A program made the position numbers and the translations under genes. Shown here one piece after another: positions 1 through 9,755 of a DNA stretch of 64,000 bases (its first letter is position 1; each line of letters opens with the position of its first letter). Origin of the DNA: a virus; IMG/VR virus record IMGVR_UViG_3300045988_179014, positions 1 through 64,000 of that record; one strand, given 5' to 3'. A model generated the notes under the pieces. That model searched no databases. It was not told where the DNA came from and was given only the letters and a program-made list of their open reading frames with translations.

Positions 1-1480
1 GAAAACCCCATACTCGAAAATCCTGCCCCCTATCAGCCAATTCTGACAAATTCATGTTTACAGGACCATAAAGTTCCGCGTTCAACTGCCATACCTGAAG
101 CGAAAACAGAATGCACGCTTCTGATGGCAATGACGCACGTGCTATCAGATTTACATATGGAAACAGATAAGGCATTCGTGTGATAGCCCCTGAAAATGAT
201 TCTCTCACAGTCAATCCAGCATGTTTCCCGCCTAATATGAAATCGCGGAAATCCACAATGTCCCCGTATTCTGATTGAACCATGGCCAAATATTGTTTCA
301 CGACAATATTACGAGTTTCGAGAAGAGTTGTGATGTATTTAGCTGTTCCTCCAGTTGCTACATCATCGTCAAACACTGTATAGGTACCTGATGGAATCTT
401 TGCCACTTGTTGAAGTATTGAGGATTCACCTAATGCTGTAATTCGTCCACAAGGTTGCCATTGTCCATCATGTGCATTGAAGATGCGTGTTTGTCTAATG
501 TTGAAATCACCTGGAACGAAAGCATCCAATGAAATGGTCTCGTCGTCCCCTGATATGGATGGAGCACTCAATGATGTACAATCCACCGAACATTTAGCAG
601 CATCACCAAGCCATGTTGCCACTTTCATCACATGAGAACATGTTGGTTGCACCTCACAATCTGAAAAAGCTTCCATAGAATCATTCCGAAGAAACATTGA
701 CTCTACTGGCGATGATTGTGTGGTATCGTATTCGGTCATCATAACAGGATTGTCACGAATGAAAGACGAGGACAGTTTTATTGTGTCCTCATCAGTGACA
801 ACGATTCTGTCATGTTTCAAAATGTTGATTGTCTCGTTGTATTGTGAAGAATGTCCCCCTCTCAACACGCACACTCCATAGCCATGTTCAAGAAAAGCAT
901 TGGCAAACATGTAGTTGTCGCTACCATAGACATACCACAACTTGATGTTACGATGTGGAAACATGCTGATAAGGTGACTATTGAACCAATCATAAATGTG
1001 AGTGAAATTCATACGTCCACTGGCCCACAAGGATGGCTGTGTGTTCACTCGCAACCAATCACTTCCTGCAAGAATTCGTTGAGCTTCACTTACACGACGA
1101 ACCGCTGGCCATTCATGTATTCTCTTCACAGCCATGTAAGCATCTGAATCCGGTGAAAAATAGCCAGCAACAACAGGTACACCAGTTGCTTCCTGTACTG
1201 CTATCCGTGCTCGTTCCATGGCTTCAATGTGTCCAGCATGCAACGGAGCATATCCACCTGTAGAAATCAGAACATTGATGTCATTGTACGGGGATTGTGC
1301 AATAGGCCCCAAATCAGCGACCAAAGGCATGTCAAAAGATACGGGCGAGGGGACTGGTACCAAATCCAGCCACCCCGCCTGTATGAGAAGTTCACGGTCA
1401 TAATCAACAAGCTCCGCATATCGGGTATAAAACTTATCTACATTTGTTGATGGAACTTTCAGTGAATCCATATTCGACAT
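1..1480 (-). CDS. Partial CDS (3' end beyond window start): nucleotidyltransferase with NMN/NaMN adenylyltransferase-type motif, part of a larger multidomain protein
   Basis: Hand translation of the minus strand from ATG at 1480-1478 stays open to position 1 (not in the ORF track because there is no stop in the window). It contains ...ISTGGYAPLHAGHIEAMERA..., fitting the GxFxPxHxGH (HxGH) signature of the NMNAT/cytidylyltransferase fold (closest to NadR-type YPLHTGH). The start lies 1 nt after the stop of the upstream gene. Confidence 0.45.
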   Translation of the reverse strand, partial: MSNMDSLKVPSTNVDKFYTRYAELVDYDRELLIQAGWLDLVPVPSPVSFDMPLVADLGPIAQSPYNDINVLISTGGYAPLHAGHIEAMERARIAVQEATGVPVVAGYFSPDSDAYMAVKRIHEWPAVRRVSEAQRILAGSDWLRVNTQPSLWASGRMNFTHIYDWFNSHLISMFPHRNIKLWYVYGSDNYMFANAFLEHGYGVCVLRGGHSSQYNETINILKHDRIVVTDEDTIKLSSSFIRDNPVMMTEYDTTQSSPVESMFLRNDSMEAFSDCEVQPTCSHVMKVATWLGDAAKCSVDCTSLSAPSISGDDETISLDAFVPGDFNIRQTRIFNAHDGQWQPCGRITALGESSILQQVAKIPSGTYTVFDDDVATGGTAKYITTLLETRNIVVKQYLAMVQSEYGDIVDFRDFILGGKHAGLTVRESFSGAITRMPYLFPYVNLIARASLPSEACILFSLQVWQLNAELYGPVNMNLSELADRGQDFRVWGF

Positions 1481-1481
1481 C

Positions 1482-2228
1482 TCAAACAACTCGTTGGAAC
1501 ATGATGTCTGTACGAATAATGATTTTCTCTCCTGACCCTTTCACTTCTTGTCCGTCATGCAACATTCTATGGTCGAAAACAATTGCATCCCCCAACTCAA
1601 CTGAAGGAACAGCAAACACTTCATCCAAATTTGCAAAACGAGGTTGGTCACTCAAGTCACGGTTTTTCACTGGAATGGCTTTTTGCGGGTCATTTAGGAA
1701 ACGTGTCCCTCCACCAGTAACATCATGCTTGGAAACATAAATCACCAGACTTTGTTGTGTCATCAAACCACCAACATCAGTATTGGTTTCCACATAAGGA
1801 AAATCATAGTGAATGTAGAGTTTGTTGCCATCTGTGTATTTGATGAATCTCCACAAAGGTGATACCCCAACCGGAATCCATGTCTGTCCTTCATCCCCAT
1901 CAATGTCACAAGGATGAACAATAGTACGTGATGGAATATGATGACCTATACGTTTCCATATTTTGTCAGCATATTCTTGGTTGTGAAGAGAAATCCTCCA
2001 AGAACCAATAGGGTCACCAGGTTGGTAATCCCCTTTGATTCCAGAGTATCCCACAGGCACCCAATCCATACCTGACAGTTGTTTCTGCAACTGTGTCAAT
2101 TCATTAAGTGAAAGAATTTTGTCAATGTACAAAGCGGTTGGACTCACCTCATCCAACCCGCGAACCGTAGATTCATGGTCTTGGTCGAAATCAACATGAA
2201 ATTCTTTCAGATTGACAAATTTGTTCAT
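1482..2228 (-). CDS. 2-oxoglutarate/Fe(II)-dependent dioxygenase (prolyl-4-hydroxylase-like)
   Basis: ORF-track ORF 1482..2345. HxD...H facial triad (LYIHYD ... FDHRMLHDG) and a C-terminal Arg (KIIIRTDIMF) typical of the 2OG-Fe(II) oxygenase fold. The likely start is the ATG at 2228-2226, 1 nt after the nadE stop (2232-2230); the longer ORF-track start overlaps nadE by 116 nt. Confidence 0.6.
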   Translation of the reverse strand: MNKFVNLKEFHVDFDQDHESTVRGLDEVSPTALYIDKILSLNELTQLQKQLSGMDWVPVGYSGIKGDYQPGDPIGSWRISLHNQEYADKIWKRIGHHIPSRTIVHPCDIDGDEGQTWIPVGVSPLWRFIKYTDGNKLYIHYDFPYVETNTDVGGLMTQQSLVIYVSKHDVTGGGTRFLNDPQKAIPVKNRDLSDQPRFANLDEVFAVPSVELGDAIVFDHRMLHDGQEVKGSGEKIIIRTDIMFQRVV

Positions 2229-2229
2229 G

Positions 2230-3177
2230 TCAGTAGTACCTTTCATTCTGCCATCCTCCTGGACAGTGTGATTTTTCCACTTCCAAGAAAACCGATGGGT
2301 ATTGATGCAAATATTTATGCTTGTTATATTCGTGCATACGTTCAATTCTGGTCACAATTTGGTTGTACAGCTCATTTTGGGATAAATCAGTACTGGAATA
2401 GCCCATTTGATTCAGCATAAACAATTCCAGCGCATCATAAGTGAACCCAAACAATTCCTCATCCGCCCGTCCATCAAACATGTCACCTGTAGGCACACGT
2501 GTAACCAAATGTTCTGGCACACCCAAAAACCTAGCCATTGTCAACACTTCGCTCTTGAAAAGGTCACTGATGATTTGTACATCAGTCATTCCATCAGCTG
2601 CTTTACCTACATATCCGATATAGCCACCTTCAGAAAGATTCGTGGTACCGAAAACTGCTGCTGGAGTACCCTCATCTGTTATCATGCTGCAAGCCCCGTA
2701 CAACATAGGAGTACGCAAATATGAAGTCAACTGTCCAACAGCCCAAGGAGACATGATATGTGCCCCTTGAGACAACGAATCAACAGCAACCTTTCGCAAA
2801 TCGCCCAAACACGGAAGAGACAAAAACTCCACCCCAAAATGTTCACACAGTTCTGAAGCTGCATTGTGTGAATCATTTTGTTTCGTGCTTCCAATGTTGT
2901 CCACGTCAGTCACAGAAACCCCAACAAGTTTCTCAATTGGTGACTCTGGTGTGTTTCGAACATGATTCAACAAAGCCAATGTTGCACTACTGTCTATACC
3001 ACCACTGACCCCAACAATTGCTCCACTAAGATTCCACTCTTTCATGTATCGCACGATTTGAGCGGTTTTCTGTTTTGTATGCTCTACAGGATTGAATTGA
3101 CGAGCGTTTTTGGCCTCCATCAATGCTGTTTCAAGGACTGTATCCAAAAACAGTATGTTCTCACTGTACAGTTTCAC
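2230..3177 (-). CDS. nadE: NH3-dependent NAD+ synthetase (PP-loop ATP pyrophosphatase)
   Basis: 315 aa with the PP-loop motif GVSGGIDSSATLALL. Length and motif order fit the NadE family. Confidence 0.7.
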   Translation of the reverse strand: MKLYSENILFLDTVLETALMEAKNARQFNPVEHTKQKTAQIVRYMKEWNLSGAIVGVSGGIDSSATLALLNHVRNTPESPIEKLVGVSVTDVDNIGSTKQNDSHNAASELCEHFGVEFLSLPCLGDLRKVAVDSLSQGAHIMSPWAVGQLTSYLRTPMLYGACSMITDEGTPAAVFGTTNLSEGGYIGYVGKAADGMTDVQIISDLFKSEVLTMARFLGVPEHLVTRVPTGDMFDGRADEELFGFTYDALELFMLNQMGYSSTDLSQNELYNQIVTRIERMHEYNKHKYLHQYPSVFLEVEKSHCPGGWQNERYY

Positions 3178-3366
3178 GTAACCATGTCTCCTTGTTCCAA
3201 TGTTGTTTAAATAGTCTCTATCGAGTTACAACTTCAACGCAATGCAATGTTTCTATGGTTTGTATCGTATATTTTTGTATTGATGGACAGCTGTGACATG
3301 AAGAACAATCTGATGTAGGTAACAAACACTGAAATCAAGACATAAAGTGTAATGTTGATTGATGAA

Positions 3367-4128
3367 TTAATTGTTGAAACGTGCAGTAGCAGTCAATGCA
3401 AACACTGCCGTCAATTCATTCCGGGATACTATTTTTGGGGGATTGGATGTTTTCAACCCACTGACGTAAGCTGCTCGTTCCCAAGCTTCACGCCCGTCAA
3501 AATCGTTGGCATGACCTTTTATGTCATAGCGAACCACATTGTTCTTTTGAATCTCATAAATATGCAATAATGGATACATTCCGGGAAGTATTAAAGACAA
3601 TCGATGTCCACCGTCAGAAGCGTCCAAATTTGCTGTTTCAATACTGAGAACACAACTACCATCAGTGTTGACTCTTGAACGTTCAGTAAAAGCGTACCAG
3701 TTGTTGTTGTCCCCAGCTATGATTTTTGATAGTCCTGACATTCGTTTGGTCATGACATTTTTGAAAACAGTTGTGGAAGCTGGTTCGTGATTGTTGGAAC
3801 AGTCTTCGTCGTCCCCTGTTATCAGCTCAATGTCATATACGGCTTGTGATGTGAACTGCTCAAAAAACCTCCCCATCACCCACAACATCCCGGTAGAGGT
3901 CAAACCAACATCATTAGACACTTCTGAAGGACCAATATTGAGCACAATCTGTCCATCATCCACTGTCAGTTTCAAGGTTCCCTGTTCTGACGGCCAGTGA
4001 CCCAAATTCCTGCGCCTGAAGAAATCCGCAACATCTCGGTCACTGTATTCACCTGGTGCAGCATTCGCCAGCGCCACCAGTTCATCCTTCTTCACAATGT
4101 CCCCTTGATTCCAACATGACCAATTCAA
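3367..4128 (-). CDS. Hypothetical protein (253 aa)
   Basis: Long intact ORF with complex, non-low-complexity composition. No motif recognised. Confidence 0.5.
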   Translation of the reverse strand: MNWSCWNQGDIVKKDELVALANAAPGEYSDRDVADFFRRRNLGHWPSEQGTLKLTVDDGQIVLNIGPSEVSNDVGLTSTGMLWVMGRFFEQFTSQAVYDIELITGDDEDCSNNHEPASTTVFKNVMTKRMSGLSKIIAGDNNNWYAFTERSRVNTDGSCVLSIETANLDASDGGHRLSLILPGMYPLLHIYEIQKNNVVRYDIKGHANDFDGREAWERAAYVSGLKTSNPPKIVSRNELTAVFALTATARFNN

Positions 4129-4279
4129 TCAGTGGGCATTTTACCAATGTTCTCAATACCATAGAAAACACAAAAACAGCTCATAACCGAATGGAAACAT
4201 ATATTATTGTTGAAATATGTTGATGTTTTCCTATAGAACAAATTATGCACAGACAAAGCAAAAGAAAGGTTGACAGATT

Positions 4280-4924
4280 GTGACTGTTCCAGTTTTTGGA
4301 GTCATGTTTGGACACGGGTTTTCAGTCGGGTCTTATTTTATGTCATGTATTGAAACGGCAGCCAGAAAATTGGGTGCTGTCAAAGACCGAGATTTTCCGA
4401 AAATAGTTTTATCGTCCATAGTGACAGATTGCATGGCACACAATGGTTCCATAGTAGACCAGAACAAATTCATGGTGGAGGCAGAAACAGCACGTCGTGT
4501 GTTTGAAGCTGCTGGTGTGACAGATGTGATTAACCTTTGTGTTTCATTGAATACATACACACAACAAATAATGAATCACACAAATTGGCGGTTTCACAAA
4601 TTGGATGCTGAATTCCCAGAAACCGATTTTGTGTTCATGTCTAAAGTAGCATATGAGTCCAAGGCATTTGATTCACTTCGCACAAACAACCGATTGGTGG
4701 CAGAAAAACTCATTGATGCTGCACAATACAATGATTATTCCACGATGAATGCTGAATTCAACAAACTATTGCAACCATTCACATTTTCACATGGGTCGAT
4801 ACTTTTGGGTTGTACTGACCTTTCTGTGCACTTGAATTGGTTCCAGAACACTTTTCACAATGAGTTCTTTGACCCTGTTGCAGACATAGCATGGAAGGTC
4901 GCTCAAATGAATGCTGAATCTTGA
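4280..4924 (+). CDS. Hypothetical protein, possible Asp/Glu/hydantoin-racemase superfamily
   Basis: 214-aa ORF. C-terminal GSILLGCTDLSV resembles the xxLGCTxL motif of Asp/Glu racemase-like enzymes; the N-terminal Gly-rich segment is less convincing. The coding strand is G/T-rich, opposite to the local + strand trend. Confidence 0.45.
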   Translation: MTVPVFGVMFGHGFSVGSYFMSCIETAARKLGAVKDRDFPKIVLSSIVTDCMAHNGSIVDQNKFMVEAETARRVFEAAGVTDVINLCVSLNTYTQQIMNHTNWRFHKLDAEFPETDFVFMSKVAYESKAFDSLRTNNRLVAEKLIDAAQYNDYSTMNAEFNKLLQPFTFSHGSILLGCTDLSVHLNWFQNTFHNEFFDPVADIAWKVAQMNAES

Positions 4925-5279
4925 AAAATGACTCACATCTTAAAACATTCCAATAATACAACACTTGTGGATTCAATTGTTGCATGGTTTATGGTTCCTA
5001 TATGGCTCTTAAACATCATATACTTGCAGAATCACTTCATTGTAAAACCGCAATCAGCCAATAGGTGAGACAAAACAACGGTTGACATATGTTGTAACAT
5101 GAATTGTTCAAGAATACATTTAGAGTACAGTAAACGCCAAACTACTATTTCCAAGCATGCAAACAACAGGAAACTCGACTCGTTTTAATATTGAATCAAA
5201 CGTTGCAGGATGGAGTCACATCCTTTTGCATAGTGAACTGTACTGGACTGCCTCGGCCCATCCATGTAATACAACTCTT

Positions 5280-5471
5280 TCAGTTGTGTGACAAATACGC
5301 TTCTTTGGCAATATGATGCAACACCTCTCGAACCGTGGATTCATGAGTTTCCAACAACTCAGATACCAAAGTTAACAATTGTTCTTTGATGTCGCTGTTT
5401 GGATTGTCCGGAAGGCTTTCAATGAGCTGTTTCATAGTTTCAATGGTATTGTGCATATGGTTTTCGCTCAT
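5280..5471 (-). CDS. Small hypothetical protein (63 aa, helical/acidic)
   Basis: ORF only. Confidence 0.3.
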   Translation of the reverse strand: MSENHMHNTIETMKQLIESLPDNPNSDIKEQLLTLVSELLETHESTVREVLHHIAKEAYLSHN

Positions 5472-5637
5472 CTAAAAACTCCAAAACAATAAAAATGAAT
5501 AGACTTAAATATGGACCGTAACATGACTTGAAAACAACTAAACCTGTATTTGTTTCCATACACAAAAACACAATCAATCTTGACTAAGACGGTTCGCAAA
5601 AACACAAAGAAAAACTCCACCTCTGACAAGAGAATGA

Positions 5638-5937
5638 TTACAGAAGTGTCTTTGAATTGACGGCAGTCACCCACTCCAACAAAAAGGGGTCTACTGAGGT
5701 AGCTCCAGCTGCTTCAGAATCAGCTATGGCTCTGTCCAAATATTGAATGGCCTTGTGCGCCAGATTTCTGATGGGTTCGGTTTTTTCAAGAGGTACCCGC
5801 ATCAGGGAGCGACTCAACGTCACCCGAGCTTGCTGCAACTCATCTTTCGCAATCAGAACTTTTACCATGACACCATCATACATCAAATACAAGATTTTAT
5901 CATTCGGATGCAACTCTAAAATAATACTTGATGTCAT
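5638..5937 (-). CDS. Hypothetical protein (99 aa)
   Basis: ORF only; ordinary composition. Confidence 0.35.
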   Translation of the reverse strand: MTSSIILELHPNDKILYLMYDGVMVKVLIAKDELQQARVTLSRSLMRVPLEKTEPIRNLAHKAIQYLDRAIADSEAAGATSVDPFLLEWVTAVNSKTLL

Positions 5938-5973
5938 TTCTACTCACTGAGACACAACTGATACACTGTCAAC

Positions 5974-6210
5974 ATGCACAACAAATCATTCGATGCCGGA
6001 AAATGGGTGGCACAACAACGAATGAAAGCTACTGTTCACTTTGTTATCGCTGGAGCTGTACTGGTTGCATGGATAATACACATAATTCCAATATTGACCT
6101 GGTTAGCGCAAAACACTAATCCGGGTTTGACCACATTTGTTGCTATCGTCCCAAGTCTTGTCATTGTAATCAAATTGTATCGCGCTGCCAAACAAATTAT
6201 TACAGGATGA
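5974..6210 (+). CDS. Small membrane protein (78 aa, two hydrophobic helices)
   Basis: Two hydrophobic helices: AGAVLVAWIIHIIPILTWL and LTTFVAIVPSLVIVI. Confidence 0.3.
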   Translation: MHNKSFDAGKWVAQQRMKATVHFVIAGAVLVAWIIHIIPILTWLAQNTNPGLTTFVAIVPSLVIVIKLYRAAKQIITG

Positions 6211-6423
6211 CCCCATTAAATGTTGTATTAATTGTTTAGGCCATTGATACAGAACAGCGGTTGTGGTTTTGTTATTGGGTCATTGTCAAACTTGGATTGA
6301 AACTTATATAAAACTGAATACAAACCAATGAATACTAAAGACGAATGAGGATAACGCCCAACAAATGAACGCTACCCTCATTCCAACCAGTCTTAACAAT
6401 TCGTTGAATGTCAGTGTGCCGAA

Positions 6424-7482
6424 TCACACAATCTGACCATAATCGTCCGACGTGTTGATGTCATATGCATCGTTTACATGTGTTGTGGTATCAGTTGAAT
6501 CTGGAAACCCCATGCAACCTTTATCCAACTCAATAGCAAAGTCGTCAGCTTCATTATTCTCAACTAGCTCTTCGTCGTCCCAGTCTTCATCTGAATCATC
6601 TGGGTTATCATCCCATATGATGTCTTTTCTGTCATGAGTAAAATCACCCGGAATGTCTGACAATACTTCGTACCTGGAAACACGGCATTTCTGGTAATCC
6701 TGGTCACTAGGAACACTCACCACATCACGTGGATTCACACTAACACTGACCAATGCCCCATCCGCAAAATCTTTGGCATACTCGAAACTACCAACATGCA
6801 AACCTTGTGCACAACCGTATTCTCTACTAGTCTCCACATAAGACCTAGGAATTTCCACAACATTCCCCGGGCTGTTGTTCAAGTGCGCATTAGCGAATTT
6901 CTCCCCCTGCACAACACCCGGTCCTGCATGAATAGAAGTATAATCATGACGTAGACCTTTGAACGCAATAAAATCCCCATTTTCCCGAAGAGTCAACCCT
7001 GTACGTTGTATAAAACTGTACAAGTGTTGAATCGATTCAGTAGAAGGGTTCTGGTACAACTTTTCTAGGAAGTTGACAATAGCGCGCCATGAAGGTTTGG
7101 AGCACGTATCATCGTCCCCATCATGTTTATCAACCGCCCCACTAATGTTCTCTTGTTTTAGCGCATTCAACAGCCACGCAGCAACCGAACTGTCGATTGG
7201 GTCATTGTCAAAATAAATTGTTGACCCATCACTTGAAACGCGTTCTGATAGTTTTGTCAAACGGTTCGATACCGTGGTTGCTATACTAATCAATTCTCGT
7301 AATCGTTCCTCTGGGTTATTGTCCCCATCACGAGGGAGAAGCGGCATGTTCTCAAGGAACGAGCTAATTTCATCGAACCTAGGGTGTGTTGATGGCACGC
7401 TGAAGGTCTCTCCATCAGAAAACATCCCACTAATACTGCTTTTGCAGTTTCCTTGTTCCACACTGGACCAGAAAATACCCAT
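6424..7482 (-). CDS. Hypothetical protein with acidic Asp/Glu-rich C-terminal tail (352 aa)
   Basis: Long intact ORF. C-terminus DDNPDDSDEDWDDEELVENNEADD. Confidence 0.55.
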   Translation of the reverse strand: MGIFWSSVEQGNCKSSISGMFSDGETFSVPSTHPRFDEISSFLENMPLLPRDGDNNPEERLRELISIATTVSNRLTKLSERVSSDGSTIYFDNDPIDSSVAAWLLNALKQENISGAVDKHDGDDDTCSKPSWRAIVNFLEKLYQNPSTESIQHLYSFIQRTGLTLRENGDFIAFKGLRHDYTSIHAGPGVVQGEKFANAHLNNSPGNVVEIPRSYVETSREYGCAQGLHVGSFEYAKDFADGALVSVSVNPRDVVSVPSDQDYQKCRVSRYEVLSDIPGDFTHDRKDIIWDDNPDDSDEDWDDEELVENNEADDFAIELDKGCMGFPDSTDTTTHVNDAYDINTSDDYGQIV

Positions 7483-7691
7483 AATTTACCCCTTTCTACA
7501 TGAGTTTACAAATTAGTTTCATCCTATCACAGGCAAGACAAGACATCAATCCCAAACACATGACAACGAACCCTCATGACCAGTAAATTCAAGTTCAATC
7601 ATGCAACATTTATAGACAGAGATTGAAACAGTCCTGTCAACAACCAACTTGGTCTGGATTGGTTGGACTCGTAGACACATGAGCAAAACTC

Positions 7692-8087
7692 ATGCCCAAG
7701 ACTTGTATGTGGTTCCATGTATGCTATTATGGAGTCATGACAAAGCGGTTCGAAGTCAAGCAAACAGTCGCCACTGACCTTGCGGTGAAACTGCTGACGT
7801 CAGTAGCTTCCACAAATCATTTCAAACAGGACCGCCAAGTACGTGCGCGCCATTGCCGGAAGTCGCCCGTGTATGCGGCTTATTTGGTAGATACAGGACA
7901 CCCTGCTGGGATGGAAGTCCACGTTGTTTGCCATAATGCAGAAGTACACGTATTTAATGTACGCACTGCTAAACGCATCACTATCCTCTTTGCTCGTCCT
8001 GGCCAAATTAGGCGGTATGGGATTGATAGCACCACCATTCTTGACCATGCACACGAGAACTGTGAGCGAGGGCTCAACAAGATTTGA
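7692..8087 (+). CDS. Hypothetical protein (131 aa); alternative to overlapping minus-strand ORFs 7800..8093
   Basis: Two overlapping ORFs on opposite strands, so only one can be real. The minus-strand alternative is contiguous with the small conserved MKSLFMIPASGS ORF of the inverted-repeat module. Confidence 0.25.
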   Translation: MPKTCMWFHVCYYGVMTKRFEVKQTVATDLAVKLLTSVASTNHFKQDRQVRARHCRKSPVYAAYLVDTGHPAGMEVHVVCHNAEVHVFNVRTAKRITILFARPGQIRRYGIDSTTILDHAHENCERGLNKI

Positions 8088-8130
8088 CCTCAATGGTGAA
8101 GTTGAATCAACAGTGATGCTTGTTGCGTAT

Positions 8131-8270
8131 CAGAAACGATTTTAAGCTTGGTTTTCTTGCTTCCTGATGCAGGTATCATAAACAAGGATTTCATGTAAAA
8201 CTTCCTGAAAACACGAAAAACGCCCCTGAATAAGCTAGGTACAATCTAACCTATTCAAGAGGCGTTACAG
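8131..8270 (+). repeat. Copy A of an about 140-bp repeated module (terminator hairpin + RBS + start of small ORF MKSLFMIPASGS... on the minus strand)
   Basis: Block-by-block alignment with the reverse complement of 57531-57670 gives about 88% identity. Includes hairpin aacgcccctgaataag...ctattcaagaggcgtt followed on the minus strand by TTTTTCG, AGGAAG and ATG. Confidence 0.7.
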
Positions 8271-8357
8271 AAAGCGATTTTATGGTTTTCTCCATCAGTC
8301 AAATTGACTTAAAATCGTGCTGTTCCTCTGCCATCCGTTGATTATAGCATTATGCCT

Positions 8358-9005
8358 TTAATCATTGACACGAAACACAGGGTCAATTTCAGGGAATGGT
8401 CGATTGTCCTTATTAACTGGAACAGGCGAAACCTGAGCCAACCAGAAACGTTCCTGTTGTAGCTCTGCTGAATAACCGCTTGCTTCCAGACTGGGATTGG
8501 GTTCAGAAGCGGCAAGATACCCTTCTTCAGGTGTCAATCCCCAACCATAATAAATGGCATGTGAATCAGGTATTAGCTCCATACACTGAAAATTAGGGGT
8601 TCTCTCATCAGAAAACCTCCATTCCAATCCTTCAAACTCCCACAAAAACGGGGCACGTGCCAATTTACACACTAACTCTGGGAACATTTCAACAAAATGA
8701 GTGTTGCCATCATCTGGCAGCGTGGTTGAGCTGACATACAACGCATTTGCTGGCGTGATATGGTCTGTGGAATCAAGAGCACCAACCCGCAAGTCTGCAT
8801 GACCATATTCTTCACGGTAATAGAATGGGTACTTTTCCAACAGTCCGCTAGCTTGAAACGGCCCCAATCCACCCGCTGATGCTACAATAAGACCTGGTAC
8901 TGTTTCACGTAAAAAATCCCAATCCTCAAGTTTCTGAGCATATGGGTCCCATGAAATTTGATGGTCGCTGTTGAGCCATGCTTCCCAAACGTTAAAATCT
9001 AACAT
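8358..9005 (-). CDS. Hypothetical protein (215 aa)
   Basis: Intact ORF with complex composition. Confidence 0.55.
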   Translation of the reverse strand: MLDFNVWEAWLNSDHQISWDPYAQKLEDWDFLRETVPGLIVASAGGLGPFQASGLLEKYPFYYREEYGHADLRVGALDSTDHITPANALYVSSTTLPDDGNTHFVEMFPELVCKLARAPFLWEFEGLEWRFSDERTPNFQCMELIPDSHAIYYGWGLTPEEGYLAASEPNPSLEASGYSAELQQERFWLAQVSPVPVNKDNRPFPEIDPVFRVND

Positions 9006-9167
9006 GTCGCCACCTATTTAATGGAATAGCTATATTATAACGTTCATCATAGTTCTTGACTCATCACCACGCACACAGAATCAACTCTATAGGGTCATGG
9101 GGCCAATCCATTGTTTTGTAGACACTATTACAAAAACTCAATACTGCGGAATATAATGACAAGATAT

Positions 9168-9755
9168 TCAGTCACACAAATCCTGGTAGTACTTCGACAA
9201 CCATACAAGAGCGTCAGTCACTCTCTTCGAGTCCTCCAGTTCACCCAACGATGACCCATGACGAATCACATCCTTTTTCCACTGCTCGTAGTCTGAGTCT
9301 ACATCATCACTGATATAGGGATATGGCCAAGTATCAGGCCCACAATCATACGTTCCCGTTTTGCCGAACCACACCATGGCATGACCTAGTGATTGAACTG
9401 GGTTGTACCCATGAGCATCTTTCAGCTCACGAATCACCTCAGGAAACTGTTTCCACAGCTTTGCCAGTTCCCAGAAAGAGCGAGCAACACGGTATTTATG
9501 GGCCTCAACTTCACGCTGATAAACTGAGAATGGGTAATTCGTATACCATTCCGGGGTATGTCCAGCACGGATTAGCCAAAGAACCCACTCAGGCTCTTTC
9601 TCATCAATTGCAGCAAAGTGATGTCTGAGAGACATTCCAATAGCGGGAATCAACTCAGTGTCAGCCCCAAGAGCCGCAATGCTCCATCGGGACCACCCCT
9701 GAGATGACATTTCTTTATCATGCGCCAATTCCATCTCTCCTGGCGTGTGATGCAT
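9168..9755 (-). CDS. Hypothetical protein (195 aa, Trp/aromatic-rich)
   Basis: Intact ORF. Confidence 0.55.
   Translation of the reverse strand: MHHTPGEMELAHDKEMSSQGWSRWSIAALGADTELIPAIGMSLRHHFAAIDEKEPEWVLWLIRAGHTPEWYTNYPFSVYQREVEAHKYRVARSFWELAKLWKQFPEVIRELKDAHGYNPVQSLGHAMVWFGKTGTYDCGPDTWPYPYISDDVDSDYEQWKKDVIRHGSSLGELEDSKRVTDALVWLSKYYQDLCD

Noticed and set aside
3817-3830. Additional copies of TCGTCGTCCC at 3817, 6583 and 7115 inside minus-strand genes
   Set aside because: In each case the reverse complement GGGGACGACGA(A/T) is in frame and encodes Gly-Asp-Asp(-Glu/Asp) (GDDEDC, WDDEEL, GDDDTC) within acidic protein segments. This is coding coincidence, not the intergenic motif family.
7800-8093. 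97-aa minus-strand ORF as an independent gene
   Set aside because: It overlaps the plus-strand ORF 7692..8087 and begins at TTG in the -1 frame directly after the stop of the conserved small ORF of repeat copy A. It may be a frameshifted continuation rather than a separate gene, and cannot be resolved by eye.
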